Shown in pieces: positions 21,715 to 31,386 of a stretch of DNA of 64,000 nucleotides. How positions within the stretch are numbered: position 1 is the stretch's first letter; the number at the start of each line of letters is the position of its first letter. The position numbers and the translations under genes were made by a program. Source of the stretch: Nitrosopumilaceae archaeon (GTDB lineage: Archaea > Thermoproteota > Nitrososphaeria > Nitrososphaerales > Nitrosopumilaceae). Below the pieces are notes generated by a model. That model was not told the DNA's origin. It worked only from the letters and a program-made list of their open reading frames with translations, and did not search any database. The stretch is from contig CBDBCR010000001.1 of NCBI GenBank assembly GCA_965203465.1, forward strand, positions 448,001 to 512,000. Reading direction: 5' to 3'.

Positions 21715-21862
21715 TGGGGCCGACCGGAATCGAACCGGCGACCTACGGGTCACTACAGCTCCAAACTCACATCATTCTTGCGTCAGCGGTCTGTCTTTAA
21801 CCTCTGGAGCCCTTTGCGGTGACGGCAGTCACTGTCGCCCTGCCAGGCTAGGCTACGACCCC
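21715..21862 (-). tRNA. tRNA-Trp(CCA) with two introns (21751-21803 at 37/38; 21813-21833 at about 28/29)
   Basis: Removing both segments gives a cloverleaf with anticodon arm ACGGG-CTCCAGA-CCCGT and T arm GCCGG-TTCGATT-CCGGT. Confidence 0.9.
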
Positions 21863-21973
21863 ACGGGGCGCGGCCGGGCGCATGCAATTTTAACCTACCC
21901 GACGGCCCGGCGCCTCTTCCCGCCCGTCGCCGCAGACCAAGCTTTTTGTAGCCGGCCGCCGGGCCGGGCCGCG

Positions 21974-22504
21974 TTGGTAAAGCCGGTCGTACTGGTGCTC
22001 GCCGCGGTGCCGGCGATCGCGGCCATGCTGCTCGTCTCGCCGCTGATACTGCGCACCGAGGTCCCGCGCGGCGCGGCGCTGCCCGACGACCGCCTCGACT
22101 TGGAATACACGCGCCACGACCTCAGGACGGTGTCGTTCGGCATAACAGAACGGCTCGCCTCGGAAAAGACCGAATACCTAGAGATCTCCGACGGGCAGGC
22201 AGCCTACTATACGATAGAGTCGGGCGTGCAGTCCCCCGAGGAGGCCTTCGAGGTAGACCCCGCCGACATGCTGTCGCTGGTCGCCTTCGTCAAGGAGACC
22301 GGCGTCATGTCCCTGCCGCCCGACGCGTTCCCCGTCCGCGATGGCCAGTCCGAGTACACGCGCTCTACGCTGGAGACGACGCTCAACGGCGCGGCCGGCA
22401 GCATAACGTGGCCCAACCAGGGCGCCACCGACCGGTTCGTGCCCCCCGTCGTGACGGAGCTGGAGGCCAAGCTGAGGGCGATAATAGAGCGGGGCTCCGA
22501 ATAA
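21974..22504 (+). CDS. Membrane-anchored hypothetical protein
   Basis: N-terminal hydrophobic helix followed by an acidic soluble domain. Confidence 0.7.
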   Translation: MVKPVVLVLAAVPAIAAMLLVSPLILRTEVPRGAALPDDRLDLEYTRHDLRTVSFGITERLASEKTEYLEISDGQAAYYTIESGVQSPEEAFEVDPADMLSLVAFVKETGVMSLPPDAFPVRDGQSEYTRSTLETTLNGAAGSITWPNQGATDRFVPPVVTELEAKLRAIIERGSE

Positions 22505-22534
22505 TTAATAGTGCGCGCCCCCGGCGCGCTGGCC

Positions 22535-23485
22535 ATGATACCGCTTGCAGGCGACAGGGCAGACGCGCGCGGGAGGATCTCGGCGGACGGCAGGACGCGC
22601 GGCACCTCGACGCTCAAGCGCGGGTTCGCGCACATGCTCAAGGGCGGCGTGGTGATGGACGTGACCAGCGCGAGCCAGGCCGCGATAGCAGAGGAGGCCG
22701 GCGCCGTCTCGGTCATGGTGCTCGACAAGCTCCCCTCGGAGGTGCGCAAGGCCGGCGGCGTGGCGCGCACGGCCGGCATCGGCGTGATACGCGAGATCAT
22801 GGGATCGGTGACCATACCGGTCATGGCAAAGTGCCGCATAGGGCACACGTACGAGGCGCGCGTGCTCGACTCCGCCGACGTCGACATGATAGACGAATCC
22901 GAGGTGCTCACGCCGGCCGACGGGGAGCGCCACATATGGAAGTGGGACTTTACGTCGCCGTTCGTCAACGGGGCCCGCTCGCTGGCCGAGGCGCTGCGCC
23001 GGATAGAGGAGGGGGCCGCCATGATACGAACAAAGGGCGAGCCGGGCACCGGCGACGTGGCCGAGGCCGTGAGGCACGTAAAGGCGGTCGAGGCCCAGCT
23101 GCGCCTCGCCGGCGCGCTGCACCGCGCCGGCGACAGGCAGGAGCTGATGCGCCTCGCCCGCCGCATGCGCGTCTCTTACGATCTTTTGGAGCAGACGGCC
23201 GCCTTGGGCAGGCTGCCGGTGGTCAACTTCGCGGCCGGCGGCATAGCCACGCCGGCCGACGCGGCCTACCTCATGTCGCTTGGCTGCGACGGGGTGTTCG
23301 TCGGCTCTGGGATATTCGCCGCCGGCGACCCGCAGGAGCGCGCGCGCGCAGTCGTGCTGGCAGCCGCTTTCTGGGACGATCCGGCCCGCGTCGCCGAGGC
23401 CCAGGAGATGACCTCCGAGAGATCGTCGCTGCCCGGCATCGCCTCGCCGGATCTGTCCATGCAGGAGAGGGGGGGCTCGGCGTGA
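22535..23485 (+). CDS. pdxS: Pyridoxal 5'-phosphate synthase lyase subunit
   Basis: [31 protein letters not shown]. Confidence 0.96.
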   Translation: MIPLAGDRADARGRISADGRTRGTSTLKRGFAHMLKGGVVMDVTSASQAAIAEEAGAVSVMVLDKLPSEVRKAGGVARTAGIGVIREIMGSVTIPVMAKCRIGHTYEARVLDSADVDMIDESEVLTPADGERHIWKWDFTSPFVNGARSLAEALRRIEEGAAMIRTKGEPGTGDVAEAVRHVKAVEAQLRLAGALHRAGDRQELMRLARRMRVSYDLLEQTAALGRLPVVNFAAGGIATPADAAYLMSLGCDGVFVGSGIFAAGDPQERARAVVLAAAFWDDPARVAEAQEMTSERSSLPGIASPDLSMQERGGSA

Positions 23486-24072
23486 GCGCGCGCGTCGGGG
23501 TGCTGGCCCTGCAGGGGGACGTGCGCGAGAACGCCGCCGCCCTCGAGGCGTGCGGGGCAGAGGCGGTGCCGGTCCTGTACCCGGAGCAGGCGGCCGGCCT
23601 CGACGGCCTCGTCATGCCGGGCGGCGAGAGCACGACGGTGGGCGGGCTTGCCGACGGGGATCTGTTCGGGCAGATACGCAAGGAGGCGCTCTCGGGCATG
23701 CCGCTGCTGGGCATATGCGCCGGCATGGTGATGATGGCGCGCAGCGTAAAGGGGGGCGCCGGCGGCGGGCAGCCCCTCCTGGAGCTGCTCGACATGGACC
23801 TGGAGCGCAACGCCTTCGGGAGGCAGCGCAGCTCGTTCCAGGCGCGCGTCTCGCTGGAGCCGCTCGGCATAGGGCCGTTCGAGGGCGTGTTCATCCGGGC
23901 CCCGTCGGTCTCGGCCGTCGGCGAGGGCGTCGAGCCGCTGGCGCGGCTGGACGGGCGCATAGTGGCCGTGCGCAAGGGCTCCATGATAGGAACCGCGTTC
24001 CACCCCGAGCTGGGCGACCTGTCGCTGCACCGCCACTTTGCCGGGCTGGCCCTGCAGCGTGCCAAGCGTTAA
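23482..24072 (+). CDS. pdxT: PLP synthase glutaminase subunit
   Basis: GVLALQG, PGGESTT, GICAG, RNAFGRQ, FHPE. Confidence 0.96.
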   Translation: MSARVGVLALQGDVRENAAALEACGAEAVPVLYPEQAAGLDGLVMPGGESTTVGGLADGDLFGQIRKEALSGMPLLGICAGMVMMARSVKGGAGGGQPLLELLDMDLERNAFGRQRSSFQARVSLEPLGIGPFEGVFIRAPSVSAVGEGVEPLARLDGRIVAVRKGSMIGTAFHPELGDLSLHRHFAGLALQRAKR

Positions 24073-24099
24073 TAAAAGACTCCGCGGGGCTTTGGCCCG

Positions 24100-24564
24100 T
24101 TGAGCGAGCCTGCGGCAAGCCACGCGTACGGCGTCGGGATCCTGGCAGTCATCGTGGCGGTCGGCGCCAGCATCGTCTTTTACACATCGTTCTACCTGCC
24201 CGAATCGCTGGCGCGGCCCAGCGTCGACGAGCACGTGCTGGAGCCGGACGGAACTTTCACCATAAACATGATAGCCGGCTCGGGCGATCCCAACCAAGAA
24301 GAGAACTTTATCCCCAAAAACCCCCAGATAGAGCTGACAAAGAACAACCTGGTGATATGGGTCAACGAGGACACGACCCCGCACACCGTCACCCCCGACC
24401 ACCGCACCGAGGATTCGTACAGCGGCGAGTTCGGCTCGGAGGGCGTGGTGCTGGCGGGCGAGACCTACGAGTTTCTGTTCACCGAAGAGGCCGAGATCCC
24501 GTACCACTGCAGCCCGCACCCGTGGATGACCGGCACGCTAAAGATCACCCAGTCGAGGGGCTGA
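24100..24564 (+). CDS. Membrane-anchored blue (type 1) copper protein
   Basis: N-terminal TM helix; WVNED..PHTVT and YHCSPHPWM copper ligands. Confidence 0.92.
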   Translation: MSEPAASHAYGVGILAVIVAVGASIVFYTSFYLPESLARPSVDEHVLEPDGTFTINMIAGSGDPNQEENFIPKNPQIELTKNNLVIWVNEDTTPHTVTPDHRTEDSYSGEFGSEGVVLAGETYEFLFTEEAEIPYHCSPHPWMTGTLKITQSRG

Positions 24565-24889
24565 GCCGGACGAACGCGGACGCGCTCTCTATCTCCTTGT
24601 GCTGCTCTATTATGGACGCCCTGACCTTGGCCTCGAGCTCTTTTCCGTGCTCGAACTCGGGCGAGGCCTCGAAGCGTATTTCGCCGCCGTCGACCTCTTC
24701 CATGGGCACGAAGAGGCGCCCGACCGCGCCCGGCTTTCTGCCGTTGCACGACCTGAAACCGAGCAGGCCGCTGTAGCCGAGCACCTGCGTGTTTATCACG
24801 ACGCCGTCGTACCTGCCCGCAAAGCCCACCGAGACGGTCCCCGAGACCGCGCCGCCCGGCCCCGGCTCTAGCTTCAGCGCGATGTCCAC
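24545..24889 (-). CDS. Hypothetical protein
   Basis: GTG-start ORF, GRYDGVVINTQV...ASIIEQHKEIES. Confidence 0.6.
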   Translation of the reverse strand: MDIALKLEPGPGGAVSGTVSVGFAGRYDGVVINTQVLGYSGLLGFRSCNGRKPGAVGRLFVPMEEVDGGEIRFEASPEFEHGKELEAKVRASIIEQHKEIESASAFVRLSPSTG

Positions 24890-24923
24890 CCCCGCGCGCC
24901 GGCGCTCCGGTAAATAACCCATG

Positions 24924-25001
24924 TGGCGGGCCCGGAGGGCTTCGATCCCCCGACCATTGGATTAGAAGTCCAACACTCTATCCAAGCTGAGCTACGAGCC
25001 C
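24924..25001 (-). tRNA. tRNA-Arg(TCT), CCA encoded
   Basis: Cloverleaf with anticodon arm TTGGA-CTTCTAA-TCCAA. Confidence 0.93.
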
Positions 25002-25062
25002 GCCCGGCGGGGGCGCGCGTGGCCTTTAATGGGTTGCGCATCCGGGCCGCGTCAGCTGTTAT

Positions 25063-25656
25063 ATGGCGCGGCCCGGATGCGCGCGCGTGGACGTAGAGCG
25101 CGAGCTTGCAGAGCACCAAGAGGCGGTGCGCGCCCTCGGCCGCGACGCCGGCACGCTCGAACGGATCGCCTCGCGCATCGCAGAGTGCCTGCGGTCGGGG
25201 GGGACGGTGTACCTGTGCGGCAACGGCGGCAGCGCGGCCGACGCGCAGCACGTGGCCGCCGAGTTCACCGGCAGGTTCTCGCGCGAGAGGGCGCCGCTGC
25301 CTGCCGAGGCACTGACCGCCAACACGTCGGCGATAACCGCGATAGGCAACGACTACGGGTTCGAGGAGGTGTTTGCGCGGCAGGTAAAAGCGCGCGTAAA
25401 AAAGGGCGACGTGCTAGCAGGCATCAGCACCAGCGGCGAATCCGAGAACGTGCTGCGGGCCGTGCACGAGGCGCGCGAGCTGGGCGCCTTTACTGTCGGG
25501 TTTACGGGCGGCCGGGACTCGAGGCTGGCAGGCGCCTGCGAGCTGTGCCTCAGAGTGCGGTCCGAAAACACCGCGCGCGTGCAAGAGGCGCACATACTGG
25601 CCTGGCACGTCGTCTGCGGCATGGTCGAAGAGTCCCTCCGGGCCGGCGGCGCGTAG
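25063..25656 (+). CDS. gmhA: Phosphoheptose isomerase (SIS domain)
   Basis: CGNGGSAADAQH.AAE, AIGNDYG, ISTSG.S.N, QEAH. Confidence 0.92.
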   Translation: MARPGCARVDVERELAEHQEAVRALGRDAGTLERIASRIAECLRSGGTVYLCGNGGSAADAQHVAAEFTGRFSRERAPLPAEALTANTSAITAIGNDYGFEEVFARQVKARVKKGDVLAGISTSGESENVLRAVHEARELGAFTVGFTGGRDSRLAGACELCLRVRSENTARVQEAHILAWHVVCGMVEESLRAGGA

Positions 25657-25810
25657 CCTGCGTGCGGGCGCCCGCCCTTGGACGGACAGCCGAGGCGCCT
25701 GCCGCCGGGATTCTAAGCGGCCGAACCGCGCGATACTGATATATCCGGCCGGACGGACTGTGACGCGTGCAGGCCCGACTGCTTACGAAGCCCGAGTTGG
25801 AGGCGCGGCA

Positions 25811-26284
25811 ATGACGCGAGAGTCCATCGAGCTGGGATTCATCCTGAGGCAGATACCAGGCTGCGAGTTTTCCATGGACGAGTTCGAAGGCAGGCTGTCC
25901 CTCCAAAAGGTCGTGTACCTGCTACAGGCCTTCGGCGTCAACCTGGGCTACAGTTTTTCGTGGTACCTGCGGGGGCCGTACTGTTCGCTGCTCGCAACCA
26001 ACGGATTCACCCTGGAGCGAGTCTACAACATGCTTCCCGATCACCAGACGAAGTTTCGGAATCAGCGCGCGCAGAAAAAATTCCAGAGGTTCACGAAATT
26101 CATAAACGGCAAGGATCTCGAAAGCCTTGAGATACTCGCATCTGCTCACTACCTCAAAGAATGCTTGGGCTTGGACGACGAAACGACGGTGCGCAAGATA
26201 CTCGCCAAAGAGTGCACCGACTTTGACGAAGGCAAAGTCAGGGAGGAGTTAGAATACATAAAGACAGAGGGCTTGGTGCAATGA
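25811..26284 (+). CDS. YwgA/Panacea-like winged-helix protein (divergent paralog)
   Basis: RLSLQKVVYLLQ...FSWYLRGPYC...LEILASAHY. Confidence 0.75.
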   Translation: MTRESIELGFILRQIPGCEFSMDEFEGRLSLQKVVYLLQAFGVNLGYSFSWYLRGPYCSLLATNGFTLERVYNMLPDHQTKFRNQRAQKKFQRFTKFINGKDLESLEILASAHYLKECLGLDDETTVRKILAKECTDFDEGKVREELEYIKTEGLVQ

Positions 26285-26502
26285 GCGCGGGCCCTGGCGG
26301 TACGGCGCCGGACACGATCAAAAAAGACACGGAAAAAATGATGTTTTACACCCTGTCGGACTTGAAAAAACACTGGGAGGGGGATCTAGAGCCCCTGAAA
26401 AAACTGGCGTTTGATGCGGACAGGCCGATAGACAGGATAAACATACCAGAGTCCGTAATACTGGATTTGTTGTATTCTGACGAGTTGAGGTACAAGGCAT
26501 GA
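26281..26502 (+). CDS. Small hypothetical protein coupled to the wHTH gene
   Basis: ATGA overlap, low GC, 73 aa. Confidence 0.55.
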   Translation: MSAGPGGTAPDTIKKDTEKMMFYTLSDLKKHWEGDLEPLKKLAFDADRPIDRINIPESVILDLLYSDELRYKA

Positions 26503-26518
26503 CGACGGCCGGATTTGC

Positions 26519-26945
26519 ATGATGCCGTACGCATTTGAGAATCTATGGCAGGATGTCGTTGGCAGCTTGTTTGCGGGAGCTGTCGCGGGCGCTGTCGCCA
26601 TACTGCTCTACGGGGCCACGAAACGGCATGAAAACCGAGTGAACAAACGCGACATGGCGTCAATACTGTATGGAGAAATATCCGAGTTTGCCAGCGACTA
26701 CGGTAACGAGAACGCAAAAAGTGGAATAAAGCCCTCCACGCTCATTTACGAGGGGCTTTTAAGTTCGGGCAACATCAAGTTCTTTAGCCAAGACATGCAG
26801 CGGGAGCTATTCGCTGTACGTTGAATTTGATCGAAGTTCACTAAGTGTCGACGAGACCAAGGTTGCCAAGATGATGAAAAGACTGGAATCTGTAATAGAT
26901 CTCCACAGCAAAAGGCGGTATTTTTTCATGCCCGATCCCCGGTAG
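26519..26945 (+). pseudogene. Single-TM hypothetical protein, frameshifted at about 26812
   Basis: TM helix GSLFAGAVAGAVAILLY; an alternate frame continues LYVEFDRSSLSVDETKVAKMMKRLE to a stop at 26945. Confidence 0.5.
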
Positions 26946-27067
26946 TTCGGCAGTCGCCGTAGCCCGGACCGATCGGGGGCGCCGGCGCCGCGCGGAGGCG
27001 GCCCGGCGGGGGGATTCGGGCCAAAAACCGCCCTAAACTTAAATACGAACCTTTCCGGCCCCGGGGC

Positions 27068-28342
27068 ATGGCAGGGCCCGATCCGTTCGACAACGCCACA
27101 AAGGAGGTCAACGACGCGTGCGACATACTAAAGATACGCGATCCCGAGATCCGCCGGTACCTGGCCATGCCCAACAAGGTCCTGCGCGTAAAGATACCGG
27201 TCCGCATGGACAACGGCAAGATCCGCATCTTTACGGGCTTTAGGAGCCAGCACAACAACGACCGCGGCCCCTACAAGGGCGGCATCCGGTACTTTGATCC
27301 CGAGGGCGGCGTGGAGTACATGGAGCGCGAGGTCATGGCGCTCTCGTCTTGGATGACCTGGAAGTGCGCCGTGGCCGACATACCGCTTGGCGGCGGCAAG
27401 GGCGGCATATTCGTAAACCCCAAAAAGGAAAATCTGAGCGCCGGCGAGATGGAGCGCCTCACGCGCAGGTTCGCCTTTATGATATCGGAGCTCATCGGGC
27501 CAGAAAAGGACATCCCCGCCCCCGACGTCTATACCACCGGCAAAGAGATGACGCAGATCATGGACACGTACGGCAAGCTGAACGGCAACACGTACCGGCC
27601 GGGCGTGACCACGGGCAAGCCCATAACGATGGGCGGCTCGCTGGCTAGGAACGTGGCCACCGGCCTCGGCACCGCCTACTGCGTGCGCGAGGCAGCTCCC
27701 GTCGCCGGCATAAGCCTAAAGGGCGCGACGGTGGTGCTCCAGGGGTTCGGCAACGCGGCCACGTTCGCCGGCGAATACTTGGAAAAGATGGGGGCGAGGT
27801 GCGTGGGCGCGAGCGATTCGCGCGGCTCGATACTGGTGCCGGACGGCTTCCACGTCTCGTCCCTGATGGGGTACAAGAAGAAAAAGGGCTCGGTGGTGGG
27901 GTACCCGAACAGCAAGACGGTCACGGCCGAAAAGCTGCTCACTTCAAAGTGCGACGTGCTGGTGCCGGCCGCGCTGGAAAACCAGATCACCCCAAAGATA
28001 GCAAAGTCGCTCCAGTGCAAGATAATAGGCGAGGCGGCCAACGGCCCCACGCTGCCCACCGCGGATCCGATAATACACAAGGCCGGCATCGTGCTGGTGC
28101 CCGACATCCTGGCCAACGCCGGCGGCGTGTGCATATCGTACCTGGAGTGGGTGCAGAACAACCAGGGCCTGTACTGGACGTTCGACGAGGTGGCCAAGAG
28201 CATGGAGGCAAAGATAACGGCCGGCTTCCGCGACACCCTAGAGCTGTCCAAAAAGCACAAGGTGGACATGCGCAAGGCCGCCATGGTGCTGGCAGTCGGG
28301 CGCGTCGTGGAAGCCTTTGAGCAGCGCGGCGTCTGGCCCTAG
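27068..28342 (+). CDS. gdhA: Glutamate dehydrogenase
   Basis: GPYKGGIRY, GGGKGG, PAPDV, QGFGN, EAANGP, ANAGGV. Confidence 0.96.
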   Translation: MAGPDPFDNATKEVNDACDILKIRDPEIRRYLAMPNKVLRVKIPVRMDNGKIRIFTGFRSQHNNDRGPYKGGIRYFDPEGGVEYMEREVMALSSWMTWKCAVADIPLGGGKGGIFVNPKKENLSAGEMERLTRRFAFMISELIGPEKDIPAPDVYTTGKEMTQIMDTYGKLNGNTYRPGVTTGKPITMGGSLARNVATGLGTAYCVREAAPVAGISLKGATVVLQGFGNAATFAGEYLEKMGARCVGASDSRGSILVPDGFHVSSLMGYKKKKGSVVGYPNSKTVTAEKLLTSKCDVLVPAALENQITPKIAKSLQCKIIGEAANGPTLPTADPIIHKAGIVLVPDILANAGGVCISYLEWVQNNQGLYWTFDEVAKSMEAKITAGFRDTLELSKKHKVDMRKAAMVLAVGRVVEAFEQRGVWP

Positions 28343-28692
28343 AAGAGCTTCAGCCCGCCCGTCGCCCTGTCCACCAGATCGGACGGCGCCGGCCCCACAG
28401 AGACGCACGTGACGGTGCCCGGCTCCAGCTGGGTCAGCCCCGCGTCGGATACCTGCGCCCAGGGCAGGCCCAGCCGGGCCGCGCTTTTCTTTACCTCCTG
28501 GAGGCCGGCCACGCCGTCGACGCGCACGACCACCTTTTTCTGAAAGCCGGAGATCCAGGCCTCGAACCAGTCGGGGCGCGATCTTTTCGCGTTTTCGGCG
28601 GCCATAACGCACGCGTGGCCCACCTGGGCCGCGGCCTTGCCTTTGCCCATGCCCAGGTCGGCCCTTACGGCCACCGTCTGCTTGAACTCCAC
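28339..28692 (-). CDS. pth2: Peptidyl-tRNA hydrolase Pth2
   Basis: KQ...VRADLGMGKGK.AAQVGHA, DAGLTQ..PG, VGPAP. Confidence 0.95.
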   Translation of the reverse strand: MEFKQTVAVRADLGMGKGKAAAQVGHACVMAAENAKRSRPDWFEAWISGFQKKVVVRVDGVAGLQEVKKSAARLGLPWAQVSDAGLTQLEPGTVTCVSVGPAPSDLVDRATGGLKLF

Positions 28693-28829
28693 GCGGGCCG
28701 GCTGCGGAGGTCCGCTCAAAAACCTTGGGCTAGGCGGGCCGCCTTTGCCGTCCAATCTTTATTAACGAGGCGCGAAAGGCCGCCGCAATGAACGGTCAGC
28801 CCGCCGGCTCTGCGTGGTTCGAGTAAGGC

Positions 28830-29108
28830 ATGGCGCCCGGCTCGGCCACGGCGCACGTGCTGTTGCAGTGCGCGGATCCGGATCACAAAAACTGCAAGGA
28901 TCTGCGCGATGCCCTGATGAGAAACTTTTTGGAGGTCAAGCAGGCCTCCATCGTGGAGACCGTGGGCGAAAGGGCGTTCTGCGTTAGCGGCATCGCAACA
29001 ATCAACCCCAAAAAGCGCCAAAAATTCGAGGCGGCTCTGCGCCGGATGAAAACGGGGCCGTCAGACTCCGAGGCCTTGGACGTAGAGTTGTACCTGGAGA
29101 CACGCTAA
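28830..29108 (+). CDS. Hypothetical protein, possibly a divergent Lrp/AsnC-like domain
   Basis: TAHVLLQC resembles TAYVLINC of the 17969 protein. Confidence 0.5.
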   Translation: MAPGSATAHVLLQCADPDHKNCKDLRDALMRNFLEVKQASIVETVGERAFCVSGIATINPKKRQKFEAALRRMKTGPSDSEALDVELYLETR

Positions 29109-29635
29109 CCCGCAATGCGCCCGCCCGGTCTTGGCCGTCTGCCTGGCTGGTTTTCGTGCGCGGACTCGTGCCCGGCGGAACGGGATTCGCGCGGGGAACC
29201 GAGTGCATGCGCGCTGCTGTTTTCATCGGCCCGCCTCTAGCGAATCGCGGACGTGCCGGCAAGGCCGCCGTCCGGCGAAATCGGGCGCCTCCGCTGGCAA
29301 CAGGCAAGGCGCCGTTCTACGTACGCAGAGCGCGGGGTTTTTGGCCCGCGCGCATGCCCGGCGCGCGGTTGTTCGGCTCTTGCAGAAGACGGCTACGGCT
29401 CCAATAAAACGGGCCAAGATGCCATGGGATCGGAAACGGGGCGCCGGGGGCGCGGCCGGTGGAGCCGCATCGCTTCCGCGCCGCTCCCCGGCTTGCGCGT
29501 CCGGAAGATCCACAAACCCGCAGCGGCGCGGAATTTCCGCCGCCCGCCGGAAGAGGCAGGCGCCCCTCTTCCCGGCGGCCGCGCGCCGGCCGGATCTCCC
29601 TTAGGCAGAAATAGGACGCCTGCGCGCGGGCGCGC

Positions 29636-30718
29636 GTGCACGACGTGGTGGTGGCCGGCGGGGGGATCTCGGGGATGCTGTGCGCGCGCGAGGCAGCTTC
29701 TGCGGGGCTCTCGGTGCTGGTGCTCGAATCGGGCCACGAGGTGGGCACCCCCGAGCACTGTAGCGGCCTCGTCAGCGAAAAGGCGCTCGCGGATCTGGGC
29801 CTCGAGCCGGGCGCCGTCGAATCCCGCATAGAGGAAGCAGAGCTTGTCTCGCCGTCCGGCCGGCGGCTCGAGATCGACGCGCGCAGGCAGCGTGTCCTTT
29901 GCGTGGACCGGCGCGCGCTCGACAAGCAGGCCGCCGCGCAGGCGCAGGAGGCCGGCGCCGAGATCCGCGTGGGGATGCAGGCCACGTCCGTCGCGTCCGG
30001 GTACGTGCGCGCCAAGGGCCGCGAGTTTGCATGCCGCACCGCCGTCGACGCGCGCGGCTCGGCGCGGCTGCGCGGGGCCATGCCGTCGGCCCAGTCCGAG
30101 ATCAGGGCGCCGTGGGCCGACGGGCCGGTGCAGGTGCACATAGACCTGGAAAAGTACCCGGGGTTCTTCGCGTGGATAATACCGACCGGGGATCGGCGCG
30201 CAAAGGCCGGCGCTGCCGGCTACGGCATCGACGCCGCGGCGGCCCTCGAGTCGTTCCTCTCGGGCAGGGGGCGATACTCTGTGCTGCGCCGCGTGCTGGC
30301 CCCCGTGTGGACCGGCGGCCCCCTGCCGTCGTTTTCGGCCGGCGGCGCGGTGCTGGTGGGCGACGCGGCAGGGCAGACAAAGCCGACGACGGCCGGCGGC
30401 ATCTACTCGTGCGGCATGGGCGGCGTGCTGGCCGGCAGGGCGGCCGGCGATCCGCCCGGGTACGAGCGCGCGTGGCGCGCCAAGTTCGGCGCCGAGTTCG
30501 CGAGGCAGCTGTCGGCCAGGCGCGCGCTAGAAAAGATGGGCAACGCCACCGTCGAGCGCGCGTTCTCGTCGGTGCGCCCCGAGGCGCTGCGGCGCATGTC
30601 CGAGTCGGGCGACTTTGACTTCCACGCCGGCTCGCTGATATCGCTGCTGGGAGTGCGCGGCTCGCTGGCCTCGGCCGCCTCGGCGCTATCGGACCGGCTG
30701 CGGGCCCTGCGTCAGTAG
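29636..30718 (+). CDS. Geranylgeranyl-reductase-family flavoprotein
   Basis: DVVVAGGG.SG, VG.PEHCSGL, FFAWIIP, VGDAAGQTKPTTAGGI. Confidence 0.9.
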   Translation: MHDVVVAGGGISGMLCAREAASAGLSVLVLESGHEVGTPEHCSGLVSEKALADLGLEPGAVESRIEEAELVSPSGRRLEIDARRQRVLCVDRRALDKQAAAQAQEAGAEIRVGMQATSVASGYVRAKGREFACRTAVDARGSARLRGAMPSAQSEIRAPWADGPVQVHIDLEKYPGFFAWIIPTGDRRAKAGAAGYGIDAAAALESFLSGRGRYSVLRRVLAPVWTGGPLPSFSAGGAVLVGDAAGQTKPTTAGGIYSCGMGGVLAGRAAGDPPGYERAWRAKFGAEFARQLSARRALEKMGNATVERAFSSVRPEALRRMSESGDFDFHAGSLISLLGVRGSLASAASALSDRLRALRQ

Positions 30719-31026
30719 TACTTTTTGGGCTCGGCCCTGCGCCCGAGCGCGTCGGCGGCCCCGACGAGCTCGTGCAGGCCGTGCTCTAGCAGGCCGGATA
30801 CGCGGTACGTGCAACCGTACCCGCCGCCGCCGCGCTCGACGAGCCGGTTCTTTTCCATCACGCGCAGGTGGTGCTCTATGGCCTTGTAGTCCATGCCGGC
30901 CGCGCGCGCGAGCTGGTGCCTGTTGAGCCCGCCGCCCAGCAGCAGGGCCACGATGCACAGCCTAGAGCGCCCCCCGCGCGTGGCCGAAAACATGTACTTT
31001 AGCAGGCTGCGCGTCTGCGGATCCAC
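30712..31026 (-). CDS. ArsR-like winged-HTH regulator
   Basis: FSATRGG.SR...LN.HQLA...DYKAIEHHLRVM. Confidence 0.85.
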   Translation of the reverse strand: MDPQTRSLLKYMFSATRGGRSRLCIVALLLGGGLNRHQLARAAGMDYKAIEHHLRVMEKNRLVERGGGGYGCTYRVSGLLEHGLHELVGAADALGRRAEPKKYY

Positions 31027-31210
31027 CCTGCGCGGGACCGCGGCGCACTCTATGGCCTGCCTCGCCTGCAGCAGCTGCGCGTCCACGGGGGGCGTAGCGG
31101 GGTCCGGGCTATAAGCGGTTCTCCAGTTTATGTCCAAATTCGGCCCTAATGTCGGGCCCTGCGGCCGCCGGCCTTTCCCCCAGGCGGCCCGCGCCAAGCT
31201 CCGGCCGCGA

Positions 31211-31341
31211 TAGTTAGTCGCCTAACCCCCCTGTGGCAGGGTCGCCTCACGTCACTCTGCGTCATCCGTGCCTGATTCTCGGGTGGAAAGCGCGCCCCAG
31301 CGTAGACAACGGCCCTGCATCGGGGGTTGGGCAACCAACTA
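31211..31341. other. 131-bp fold-back element flanked by GCCGCGA direct repeats (candidate ncRNA or MITE)
   Basis: TAGTTAGTCGCCTAACCCCC ... GGGGGTTGGGCAACCAACTA outer stem; inner GCAGGG/CCCTGC stem. Confidence 0.6.
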
Positions 31342-31386
31342 GCCGCGATATACCCTTAAATTAACACGGGGCCGACCGGCGGCGTT

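Noticed and set aside
24924-26945. tRNA-anchored integrated element
   Set aside because: No integrase or duplicated tRNA 3' end; the tRNA 3' end points away from the islet
29109-29630. Long intergenic region with a GC-rich hairpin near 29544-29578
   Set aside because: No convincing ORF, repeat partner or RNA motif; such hairpins are common at this GC content
31060-31348. RNase P RNA, 5S rRNA or canonical SRP RNA
   Set aside because: Could not find the conserved GAGGAAAGTCC, 5S or exact SRP helix 8 signatures; kept only as an unassigned hairpin
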